This document shows positions 18,132 through 26,948 of a stretch of 47,334 nt of DNA, in pieces. Every line of letters starts with the position of its first letter. The stretch's first letter is position 1. The position numbers were made by a program, and so were the translations under genes. This DNA comes from Nitrososphaerota archaeon (lineage in GTDB: Archaea > Thermoproteota > Nitrososphaeria_A > Caldarchaeales > Calditenuaceae): positions 1 through 47,334 of the forward strand of contig JAVQSZ010000008.1 of the NCBI GenBank assembly GCA_033581555.1, given 5' to 3'. The notes beneath the pieces are model-generated. The model worked only from the letters and a program-made list of their open reading frames with translations, searched no databases and had not been told where the DNA came from.

Positions 18132-18842
18132 ATGACCAAGGCCGTCATCCTAGCGGGAGGGTTCGGGAAGAGGTTGAGGCCGCTGACGGACACGCTCCCC
18201 AAGCCTCTGCTAAGGGTCGCGGAGAGGCCGATCATCGAGTGGCAGATCAGGTGGCTGGCCTCCTATGGCATCAAGGGCGTCGTCGTGTGTGCTGGCTACC
18301 TGAAGGAGAAGATGGTGGAGGAGCTGGGAAGCGGCTCGAGGCTCGGGGTGAGGCTGGGTTTCGTCTTCGAGGACGAGCCACTGGGGACCGCGGGAGCCCT
18401 CAAGAACGCCGAGCACTTCCTCGCCGGAGAGAGGTCCTTCCTGGTCTTGAACGGCGACGTCCTGACCGACCTCGACCCGACCTACGTCCTCTCGGCAGCC
18501 GAGCGCTATCTCGCCTCGATGGCGGTCGTGCAGCTGCCCTCCCCGTACGGGATCGTCGACCTCGACGAATCCACCGGGCAGGTGAGAGGCTTCAGGGAGA
18601 AGCCGATGCTCGGAGAGTACTGGATCAACGCGGGCGTCTACGCGATCAGGGGGGAGCTGCTGGCGGAGCTTCCGGAGAGCGGCGACCTCGAGAGGGAGGT
18701 CTTCCCGAGGCTGGCGGCGAGGGGGCAGCTGGTCGCAGTCAGGTACGAGCACTGCTACTGGAAGTCCATCGACTCCCACAAGGACCTCGAGGAGGCCTCG
18801 GTTCACTTCAGGGAGCTCGAAAGGTCCAAGGCCATCACGTAG
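18132..18842 (+). CDS. Sugar-phosphate nucleotidyltransferase (NTP_transferase family)
   Basis: AVILAGGFGKRLRPLT...PKPL, EPLGTAGAL, LNGDV, FREKP, INAGVY; no C-terminal LbH domain. Confidence 0.92.
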   Translation: MTKAVILAGGFGKRLRPLTDTLPKPLLRVAERPIIEWQIRWLASYGIKGVVVCAGYLKEKMVEELGSGSRLGVRLGFVFEDEPLGTAGALKNAEHFLAGERSFLVLNGDVLTDLDPTYVLSAAERYLASMAVVQLPSPYGIVDLDESTGQVRGFREKPMLGEYWINAGVYAIRGELLAELPESGDLEREVFPRLAARGQLVAVRYEHCYWKSIDSHKDLEEASVHFRELERSKAIT

Positions 18843-19315
18843 GCGTCCTCGCCGTCGAGGTAGTAGTGCTTGATCGTGTCGACTACGGAGAAGCCCAGGG
18901 ACTCGTACATCCTGATCGCCGGGTAGTTGGTGACCCGGACCTCCAGGAAGACCTCGTCGCAGCGGTAGACGTCCCTCATTGCCCTGATCGCCTCCAGCAT
19001 CAGAGCCCTCCCTATCCCCCTCCTCCTGTGCTCGGGGAGGACCGCTATCGAGATCACGTGCCCCAGCCTCCTGAACCGTAGCCCTCCGAACTTCGAGAAA
19101 CCCCTCTCCACCCTGCACATGATGTACCCGACGACCTTGCCCTCGAACTCCGCGACGACGAAGCTCTCGGGATAGGACTTCGCGACGCTGAGGAAGAACG
19201 AGTAGGTGTAGTTCTCGGGCAGGGTCAGCCTGTTGACGTTCATCACCTCCAGCAGGTCCTCCTCCCTTGCCGGCCTCAGGACGTACTGCGCGTCCTCGCG
19301 CCTCAGCACCTCCAC
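18803..19315 (-). CDS. rimI: Ard1/RimI-family N-terminal acetyltransferase
   Basis: LPENY, GYIMCRVE, GHVISIAV...RRRGIG, LEVRVTN, YYLDGEDA. Confidence 0.93.
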   Translation of the reverse strand: MEVLRREDAQYVLRPAREEDLLEVMNVNRLTLPENYTYSFFLSVAKSYPESFVVAEFEGKVVGYIMCRVERGFSKFGGLRFRRLGHVISIAVLPEHRRRGIGRALMLEAIRAMRDVYRCDEVFLEVRVTNYPAIRMYESLGFSVVDTIKHYYLDGEDAYVMALDLSSSLK

Positions 19316-19426
19316 GAACGCCTACCTCTCAAGCACGTCCCTCCCCGACCACTTAAGACTTTCCCGGAGCAATAACTTGATAAGACGGCCGTCCATGCAA
19401 TTCCTCTAGGTTCTGCGGTGGTGATC

Positions 19427-19765
19427 TTGTCGTCCCCGGAGGGAGTCTCTCGTCCCAAGAGGTCCACCAAGCAGCCCAAGCCCCGGCCCGCGGCGAAGCA
19501 GGAGCCCGCGAAGGCACCGGAGGCCGAGCGGGTGGTCGTGGTGGAGCTGATGGGTTGGAGGATCGAGCACGAGCTCCTCGACAGCGCCGAGGCCGAGCAG
19601 GTCCTCAATCGCTACAAGGCCACCCGCAACCAGCTCCCGAAGATCCTGGTCACGGACCCGGTCGTGAGGAGGATGGGCGCGAAGCCCGGCGATATCATAA
19701 AAATCACGAGGACCTCGCCTACCGCAGGGTTGACCGTCTACTATAGGGTGGTGGAGGAGGCTTGA
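19427..19765 (+). CDS. rpoH: RNA polymerase subunit H (Rpo5)
   Basis: HELL...LPKILVTDPVVRRMGAKPGDIIKITRTSPTAG...YYRVV; first gene of the rpo operon; start uncertain (19418-19549). Confidence 0.95.
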   Translation: MSSPEGVSRPKRSTKQPKPRPAAKQEPAKAPEAERVVVVELMGWRIEHELLDSAEAEQVLNRYKATRNQLPKILVTDPVVRRMGAKPGDIIKITRTSPTAGLTVYYRVVEEA

Positions 19766-22700
19766 AGGTCAGACCATCTCCTGAGTCCCTCACCCACGAA
19801 GAGCTCTGGGCCGTCGCGAAGGCCATCGTCGAGGAGGAGGGCCTGATCGCCCACCACTTCAGGTCCTACGAGTACTTCGTCAGGGAGGGGCTCGAGAGGC
19901 TCCTCAAGAGCATGAGCCCCCAGGAGATCAAGACGAAGCAGGGCGTCGCGTACCTCTACTTCAGGGATCCCGAGATAGGCCCGCCGACGATAAGGGAAGT
20001 CGACGGGTCAGAGAGGCACTACGTAACGCCCAACGAGTGCAGGCTCAGGAACCTCAGCTACACTGCTCCGATCTACGTCAGGATCACGCTCAAGCTCGAC
20101 GACCAGGAGATCGTCAAGAGCGAGAGGGTCCAGATCGGAGTCCTGCCGATCATGGTGAAGTCCTCTGTCTGTCCCCTCAGCAGGATGACCGACGAGGAGC
20201 TCGTCGCGATCGGAGAGGACCCCGCCGACCCCGGGGGTTACTTCATCATCAACGGGTCCGAGAGGGTCATAGTAGCTATTGAGGACCTCGCTCCCAACAA
20301 GGTCCTGATCACGTCGAAGGAGCAGGACGGAGGCGTCCAGTACTCGGCCGCTGTGATCTCGATCTCCTACGGGAGGCAGAGTAAGGTCGAGGTCACCTAC
20401 AAGCCCGGCGGGCCGGTGAGGGTCTTCTTCGCGAAGATCCACAAGGGCATACCGCTGATCGTCATGCTGAGGGCCCTCGGGATGGAGAACGACAAGCAGA
20501 TCGCGGAGTTCGTCTCGCCGCTCCCGGAGGTCCAGGAGATGCTGATCGAGAGCTTCAGGGAGGCGGAGGGGATCGAAGACAAGAAGGAGGCCCTGAGGTT
20601 CCTGGGGAACAGGGTCGCCTTCGGGTACGCGGAGGAGTACAGGATCGAGAGGGCGGAGCAGATGCTCGACAACAACTTCCTCATCCACCTCGGCACGAGT
20701 AAGGACGCCAGGTTCAAGAAGGCGGTGATGCTCTGCGACATAGTCGGAAAGCTCCTCGAGACGGCCGCGGGCATCAGGAAGCCTGACGACAAGGACCATT
20801 ACGCCAACAAGAGGCTCAAGCTCGAGTCGCAGCTACTGACGGAGCTCTACAGGTCCGCCCTCAACAAGCTCATCAGGGACATCAGGTACCAGCTCGAGAG
20901 AATACTCATCACCAGACAGCCCGTCTCCCTCTCCACGTTCATAAGGCCCGGGATAGTGAACGACGTGGTCCTGACGGCCTTCTCGACGGGCAACTGGCCA
21001 GGTGGGAGGGTAGGAGTGACGCAGATACTCAACAGGACCAACTACCTCGCGACCGTCAGCCACCTGAGGAGGGTCCAGAGCCCGCTGAGCAGGAGCCAGC
21101 CCCACTTCGAGGCCAGGGACCTCCACGGGACCCACTGGGGGAGGATATGTCCGGCCGAGACGCCCGAGGGAGCGAACGCGGGTCTGGTCAAGAACCTGGC
21201 CTTGGGCGCCGAGGTCACGGTCCCGCTCCTGAAGGACGACGAGGAGGCCCTCAGGGAGAAGCTCTGGAAGCTCGGGCTGGTCAGCTGGACGTCGATCATC
21301 GAGAAGAAGACCGCGGCGAGGAGGAAGGAGCTCAGGACCAAGGTTTACATCAACGACGAGCTGATCGGGTACCACCCTGACGGGAAGAAGCTCGTGAGGG
21401 AGCTGAAGAGGATGAGGAGGGGCGGCGAGGTAAACCAGTCCGTCAACGTCCTCCTCAGGGAGTACGAGCACCTCTCAGAGGTCTACATCTACTCCGACGA
21501 GGGAAGGGTCAGGAGGCCCCTGGTGGTCATCGAGGACAGCGAGGTCAAGCTCAAGCGGCACATGGCCGAGTCCGTCGCCCAGGGGACGCTGAAGGCGAGG
21601 GACCTCGCAGCGATGGGAGTGATCGAATACCTAGACGCCAGCGAGGAGGACAACGCCTACGTCGCCCTGAGTCCAGAGGACGTCACCAAGTCCCATGACT
21701 ACCTCGAGATAAGCCCGCTGATGATGATGGGCGTCGTTGCCGGGATCATCCCCTTCAGCAACCACAACCAGTCGCCGAGGAACGTCTACGAGGCCTCGAT
21801 GGCGAAGCAGGCCCTCGGCCTCCCCGCGATCTCGTACCCGGTCAGGACCGACAGCAGGCTCCACGTGATGATCTACCCGCAGAAGGCCCTCGTCAAGACG
21901 AAGGCGATGGACCTCCTCAGGCTCGACAGGAGACCGATAGGTCAGAACTTCGTCGTCGCGGTGCTGACGGGATACGGCTACAACATCGAGGACGCGGTAG
22001 TGCTGAACAGGTCCGCGATCGAGAGGGGGCTCGCGGTCACGATGAGCTACAGGACCTATGAGGTCGAGGCCAGGCAGTACCTCGGCGGCGAGAAGGACAG
22101 GGTCGCGATACCGGACCCGAACGTCAGGGGCTACAGGGGCGAGCAGTACTACAGGGTCCTCGACAGGGACGGCCTCGCGGTCCCCGAGTCCGAGGTCACC
22201 GACGGTATGGTCCTCGTCGGGGTCGTCAGCCCACCCAGGTTCATGGAGGAGTACGTCAGGACCCCGGCCAGGGAAATGGTCTGGAGGGACGCCTCAGAGG
22301 CGGTGAGGCCCTCCGAGGTCGGGATCGTTGACGAGATATTCGCCTCGAGGAACGTCGAGGGCAACGCGCTCATCAAGCCCCGGGTCAGGGCCCTCTGCTT
22401 CCCCGAGATCGGCGACAAGTTCGCTTCCAGGCACGGCCAGAAGGGGGTGATCGGAATGGTCTTCCAGCAGGCCGACCTGCCCTACACCGAGAGCGGGATC
22501 GTCCCGGACCTCATCATCAACCCGCACGCGTTCCCGTCCAGGATGACAGTCGGCCAGCTGATCGAGAGCCTCGCGGGTAAGCTAGCGGCCCTCAAGGGCG
22601 AACCTGTCGACGGGTCTCCGTTCGTCGGGAAGGGCCTCGAGGAGATCAAGAGGGAGCTGGAGGAGCTGGGGTTCAAGAGCACCGGGACCGAGGTGATGTA

Positions 22701-23148
22701 CGACGGCCTTACCGGTAGGAGGTACGAGGTCGAGGTCTTCATCGGCGTCACGTTCTACCAGAGGCTCCACCACCTCGTCAGGGACAAGATCCACGCGAGG
22801 TCCAGGGGCCAGGTCCAGATGCTCACCCGCCAACCCACGGAGGGCAGGGCTAGGGGAGGAGGTCTGAAGTTCGGGGAGATGGAGAGGGACTGCCTCCTCG
22901 CTTACGGCGCGAGCTACCTGCTCCTCGACAGGCTCCTCGAGCAGTCCGACAAGTACACCGTCTACTTCTGCGAGAAGTGCGGACTCGCGGCCTACTACGA
23001 CCTGAAGCAAGAGAGGCTCGTCTGCCCGATCCACGGGAAGAACCCGCCCGCGAAGCCGGTCACGCTCTCCTACGCCTTCTACCTGCTGCTGAACGAGCTG
23101 CTCTCGATGGGCATCTACCCGAAGGTCATCTTGGAGGAGGTGGCCTGA
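19762..23148 (+). CDS. rpoB: RNA polymerase subunit B (Rpo2), unsplit
   Basis: GGYFIINGSERV, CPAETPEG, GDKFASRHGQKG, RQPTEGRARGGGLKFGEMERD and a C-terminal Zn motif. Confidence 0.98.
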   Translation: MKVRPSPESLTHEELWAVAKAIVEEEGLIAHHFRSYEYFVREGLERLLKSMSPQEIKTKQGVAYLYFRDPEIGPPTIREVDGSERHYVTPNECRLRNLSYTAPIYVRITLKLDDQEIVKSERVQIGVLPIMVKSSVCPLSRMTDEELVAIGEDPADPGGYFIINGSERVIVAIEDLAPNKVLITSKEQDGGVQYSAAVISISYGRQSKVEVTYKPGGPVRVFFAKIHKGIPLIVMLRALGMENDKQIAEFVSPLPEVQEMLIESFREAEGIEDKKEALRFLGNRVAFGYAEEYRIERAEQMLDNNFLIHLGTSKDARFKKAVMLCDIVGKLLETAAGIRKPDDKDHYANKRLKLESQLLTELYRSALNKLIRDIRYQLERILITRQPVSLSTFIRPGIVNDVVLTAFSTGNWPGGRVGVTQILNRTNYLATVSHLRRVQSPLSRSQPHFEARDLHGTHWGRICPAETPEGANAGLVKNLALGAEVTVPLLKDDEEALREKLWKLGLVSWTSIIEKKTAARRKELRTKVYINDELIGYHPDGKKLVRELKRMRRGGEVNQSVNVLLREYEHLSEVYIYSDEGRVRRPLVVIEDSEVKLKRHMAESVAQGTLKARDLAAMGVIEYLDASEEDNAYVALSPEDVTKSHDYLEISPLMMMGVVAGIIPFSNHNQSPRNVYEASMAKQALGLPAISYPVRTDSRLHVMIYPQKALVKTKAMDLLRLDRRPIGQNFVVAVLTGYGYNIEDAVVLNRSAIERGLAVTMSYRTYEVEARQYLGGEKDRVAIPDPNVRGYRGEQYYRVLDRDGLAVPESEVTDGMVLVGVVSPPRFMEEYVRTPAREMVWRDASEAVRPSEVGIVDEIFASRNVEGNALIKPRVRALCFPEIGDKFASRHGQKGVIGMVFQQADLPYTESGIVPDLIINPHAFPSRMTVGQLIESLAGKLAALKGEPVDGSPFVGKGLEEIKRELEELGFKSTGTEVMYDGLTGRRYEVEVFIGVTFYQRLHHLVRDKIHARSRGQVQMLTRQPTEGRARGGGLKFGEMERDCLLAYGASYLLLDRLLEQSDKYTVYFCEKCGLAAYYDLKQERLVCPIHGKNPPAKPVTLSYAFYLLLNELLSMGIYPKVILEEVA

Positions 23149-23150
23149 AG

Positions 23151-26100
23151 ATGGTGAAGGGCTCGATAGCCGCGATCAAGTTCGGGCTCCTCTCGCCCGA
23201 GATGATCCGGAGCATGGCCGTCGCGGAGATCTCCAACCCCGAGACCTACGACGAGGACGGTGCCCCGATCGCGACCGGTGTGATGGATCCGAGGCTTGGG
23301 ACCCTCGAGCCCGGACAGAGGTGCAAGACCTGTGGGAACACCTACCTCAACTGCCCGGGGCACTTCGGGTACATCGAGCTGGCAGTCCCGGTGATACACA
23401 TAGGCTACGTCAAGGTCATCCACGAGCTCCTCAGGTCTACGTGCAGGTCCTGCGGGAGGCTCCTGCTCCCCGAGGAGCAGATCGCCAAGTACAAGGCCGA
23501 GGTCGAGAAGCTCAAGTCCGAGAACAGACAGTACAGGCACGTCTTCTACAGGGTCAAGCAGATAGCGATGTCGACCAACGTCTGCCCTCACTGCAGCGAG
23601 AAGCAGGTCAAGGTCGAGCTGGAGAAGCCTATGACGTTCTACGAGGCGACCGCGCAGGGGATGGTCAGGCTGACCGCGAACGTCGTCAGGCAGAGGCTCG
23701 AGAAGATACCTGATGGGGACCTGGAGCTCCTCGACCTGGACCCGAAGAGCGCCCGCCCCGAGTGGATGGTCCTGACGGTCCTTCCCGTACCGCCGGTCTA
23801 CGTGAGGCCCTCGATCACCCTCGAGACCGGTTACAGGTCCGAGGACGACCTCACCCACAAGCTCGTCGACATCCTGAGGGTCAACCAGAGGCTCAGGGAC
23901 GCAATAGCCTCGGGCGCTCCTTCCCCGGTGATAATCGAGCTGGCGGACCTCCTCCAGTACCACGTCACGACCTACATCAACAACGAGGTCCCGAACCTGG
24001 CCCCGGCGCAGCACAGGTCCGGGAGGGTCCTCAAGACGTTGGCCCAGAGGCTCAAGGGGAAGGAGGGGAGGTTCAGGCTCAACCTCTCCGGGAAGAGGGT
24101 CGACTTCTCCGCGAGGACCGTCATCTCGCCTGACCCGAACATCGACATCGACGAGGTCGGAGTCCCGATAGAGGTCGCGATGCAACTTACGGTCCCCGAG
24201 TCGGTGACGCCCTGGAACAGGGAGAAGCTCAAGCAGCTGGTCAGGAACGGCCCCTACGAGTACCCGGGGGCGAGGTACGTCATAAGGCCCGACAAGAGGA
24301 TCATCAGGCTGAAGTTCGTCCAGGACCTGAACGAGCTCGCAGAGCAGCTGGACGTCGGGTGGGTCGTCGAGAGGCACCTGATGGACGGGGACATAGTGCT
24401 CTTCAACAGGCAGCCCAGCCTCCATAGGATCTCGATCATGGCCCACAGGGTCAAAGTTCTCCCCTTCAAGACCTTCAGGCTCAACCTGATGGTCTGCACG
24501 CCCTACAACGCCGACTTCGACGGAGACGAGATGAACCTCCACGTTCCTCAGAGCGAGGAGGCCCAGGCCGAGGCCAGGCTGTTGCTGCAGGTCCAGAGGA
24601 ACGTGATCTCGCCGAGGTACGGCGCCCCGATCATCGGCGCCATCAGGGACTTCCTCACCTCCTCCTACCTGCTCACCGCTAAGGCGGAGCTCGACAAGCA
24701 GTTCGTGGGCCACCTGCTCGCGGCCGCAGGCTACTCCGGGCCCCTGCCCCCGCCGAAGGGGTCGGGAGGGGGGTGGAAGGGGGCCCAAATCTTCAGCCTC
24801 CTGCTCCCGAAGGGCCTCAGCTACGAGGGCCAGGCCGCCTTCAGCCCGGACGACAAGGTGGTCGTAAGGAACGGCGAGCTGGTCGAGGGTTACGCCGACA
24901 AGGCGCTGATCGGCGTTGAGCGGCCCAACAGCCTCCTCCACCGGGTCGCGAGGGACCACGGGCCCGAAGAGGTCGCGAGGTTCCTCAACTCCCTGATCAG
25001 GCTCGCCAACACCTACATCAACCTCAGGGGCTTCACGCTGGGTATCGAGGACCTCACGGTCCCGCCGAGGCTCTACGAGGAGAAGGCCAAGTTGATCGAG
25101 CAGATGGAGCGGGAGTACCAGAACCTCTGGAGGAGCTACGTCGAGGGCACGATCGAGGTGGGTCCCGGTCAGACGCCGGAGAGGGCCTTCGAGGGCCAGC
25201 TCCTCGAGCTGCTCTCCAGGGTCAGGGACAAGATAGGCTCGACGATAAGGAAGCACTTCCCTCCGACGAATCCGATCGTCGTGATGGCCAGGGTAGGCGC
25301 GAGGGGTAGCAGCCTCAACATCGACCAGATGACCGCGATAGTCGGGCAGCAGGCCGTCAGGAGGGAGAGGCCGAGCAGGGGCTTCACCGACAGGGTCCTG
25401 CCCCACTTCAAGCCCGGAGACCTCTCGCCCCCGGCCAGGGGCTTCGTCTACGACGCGTTCATCACAGGCCTCGACCCGATCGAGTTCTTCTTCCACATGA
25501 TGGGCGGAAGGGACGGGCTCGTCGACACCGCGGTCAGGACCCAGCAGAGCGGTTACATGCAGAGGAGGCTGATCAACGCGCTCGAGTCGCTCTACGTCGA
25601 GTTCGACGGCTCGGTGAGGACCTCCGACACCAAGCGGATCGTCCAGTTCCTCTACGGCGAGGACGGCGTCGACCCGGCGAAGAGCGACCACGGCATGCCC
25701 TTCACCCCGAGCGTGATCGTCTCGAAGGTCCTCGGAGAGGCCAAGCCCTCCGGACAGCCGGCGACCGAGGAGGAGGTCGAGAGGGTCGCCTCCGGTTACA
25801 GGGACCTGATCCCACCGAAGTGGCTCGACGAGCTCGTCAGGACGGTGAAGGCGAAGAGGGTGCCCTCCGACGTTCTCGAGCAGGTCTTCAGGTCGGCTTA
25901 CCAGGCCTACCTCCAGAGCCTCGTCGAGGTCGGCGACCCGGTCGGGATAGTCGCGGCCCAGTCGATAGGCGAGCCCGGGACCCAGCTGACGCTGAGGACC
26001 TTCCACTTCGCGGGCGTCAGGGAGCAGAGCATCCTCCTGGGACTCCCGAGGCTGATCGAGATCGTCGACGCGAGGAGGGAGCCCTCGACCCCGATAATGA

Positions 26101-26942
26101 GGATCCACCTGAAGCCGCCCTACGACTCCGACCCGAAGCTCGCGAAGCAGGTCGCGAGGAACATCCAGTCCACCTACCTAAAGGACATCGTCACGTCCTT
26201 CAGCGTCGACCTGAGGAGGGGTCAGCTGGTGATGAAGCTGGACCCGGAGGCGATGAGGGAGCTCGGGGTCACCAAGAAGCACCTCGAGTCAGCGCTCAAG
26301 CAGTACTCCCCGCAGGTCCTCGAGAGGGAGCTCAGGGTCACGGTACCGAAGGCGCAGCTGACCGACGTGACCTCGTTCAGGGAGAGCGTCCTCTCGGTGA
26401 AGGTGAAGGGCTTGAGGAGGATCACGAAGGCCATCGTGAAGCGGGAGGGCGACGAGTACTACATCGAGACCGAGGGCTCCAACCTGAAGGAGGTGCTGAG
26501 CGTCCCTGAGGTCGACCCGAAGAGGGTCAAGACCAACGACATCCACGAGGTCGCGGAGGTCTTGGGCATCGAGGCCGCGAGGGCCCTCATCATCGACGAG
26601 ATCGTCAACGTCCTGAAGGAGCAGGGGCTCGACGTGGACGTGAGGCACATCATGCTAGTCGCGGACATGATGACCGTCGACGGTTCGGTCAAGCAGATCG
26701 GGAGGCACGGCGTCGTGAGGCTGAAGAGCAGCGTCCTCGCGAGGGCCGCGTTCGAGATCAGCGTCCAGACCCTCCTCGAGGCGGCGATGAGGGGCGAGAC
26801 CGACTACCTCAGGAGCAACGTCGAGAGGATATTGATGGGGAAGGAGGTCCCTGTGGGCACCGGGATGGTCCAGCTCTTGATGAAGTACGTCCCTCCGAAG
26901 GAGCCCCAGACCTCCGCAGATCAGCAGAGCGACGGGTCCTGA
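23151..26942 (+). CDS. rpoA: RNA polymerase largest subunit (Rpo1), A' and A'' in one polypeptide
   Basis: CPGHFG, catalytic YNADFDGDEMN, continuing in frame into the A'' motifs AQSIGEPGTQLTLRTFHFAG and RHIMLVAD. Start at ATG 23151 after GGAGGTG. Confidence 0.98.
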   Translation: MVKGSIAAIKFGLLSPEMIRSMAVAEISNPETYDEDGAPIATGVMDPRLGTLEPGQRCKTCGNTYLNCPGHFGYIELAVPVIHIGYVKVIHELLRSTCRSCGRLLLPEEQIAKYKAEVEKLKSENRQYRHVFYRVKQIAMSTNVCPHCSEKQVKVELEKPMTFYEATAQGMVRLTANVVRQRLEKIPDGDLELLDLDPKSARPEWMVLTVLPVPPVYVRPSITLETGYRSEDDLTHKLVDILRVNQRLRDAIASGAPSPVIIELADLLQYHVTTYINNEVPNLAPAQHRSGRVLKTLAQRLKGKEGRFRLNLSGKRVDFSARTVISPDPNIDIDEVGVPIEVAMQLTVPESVTPWNREKLKQLVRNGPYEYPGARYVIRPDKRIIRLKFVQDLNELAEQLDVGWVVERHLMDGDIVLFNRQPSLHRISIMAHRVKVLPFKTFRLNLMVCTPYNADFDGDEMNLHVPQSEEAQAEARLLLQVQRNVISPRYGAPIIGAIRDFLTSSYLLTAKAELDKQFVGHLLAAAGYSGPLPPPKGSGGGWKGAQIFSLLLPKGLSYEGQAAFSPDDKVVVRNGELVEGYADKALIGVERPNSLLHRVARDHGPEEVARFLNSLIRLANTYINLRGFTLGIEDLTVPPRLYEEKAKLIEQMEREYQNLWRSYVEGTIEVGPGQTPERAFEGQLLELLSRVRDKIGSTIRKHFPPTNPIVVMARVGARGSSLNIDQMTAIVGQQAVRRERPSRGFTDRVLPHFKPGDLSPPARGFVYDAFITGLDPIEFFFHMMGGRDGLVDTAVRTQQSGYMQRRLINALESLYVEFDGSVRTSDTKRIVQFLYGEDGVDPAKSDHGMPFTPSVIVSKVLGEAKPSGQPATEEEVERVASGYRDLIPPKWLDELVRTVKAKRVPSDVLEQVFRSAYQAYLQSLVEVGDPVGIVAAQSIGEPGTQLTLRTFHFAGVREQSILLGLPRLIEIVDARREPSTPIMRIHLKPPYDSDPKLAKQVARNIQSTYLKDIVTSFSVDLRRGQLVMKLDPEAMRELGVTKKHLESALKQYSPQVLERELRVTVPKAQLTDVTSFRESVLSVKVKGLRRITKAIVKREGDEYYIETEGSNLKEVLSVPEVDPKRVKTNDIHEVAEVLGIEAARALIIDEIVNVLKEQGLDVDVRHIMLVADMMTVDGSVKQIGRHGVVRLKSSVLARAAFEISVQTLLEAAMRGETDYLRSNVERILMGKEVPVGTGMVQLLMKYVPPKEPQTSADQQSDGS

Positions 26943-26948
26943 ACGCGT

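Noticed and set aside
22977-23150. 58-aa N-terminal extension of Rpo1 in the ORF track
   Set aside because: It overlaps the rpoB 3' end; ATG 23151 has a good SD and gives the normal N-terminus.
23115-26108. 997-aa antisense ORF, and similar long shadow ORFs such as 36300-37757, 6197-7447 and 41223-42419
   Set aside because: They lie opposite well-conserved genes, have no recognisable motifs, and are expected from strong GC3 bias that removes antisense stops.
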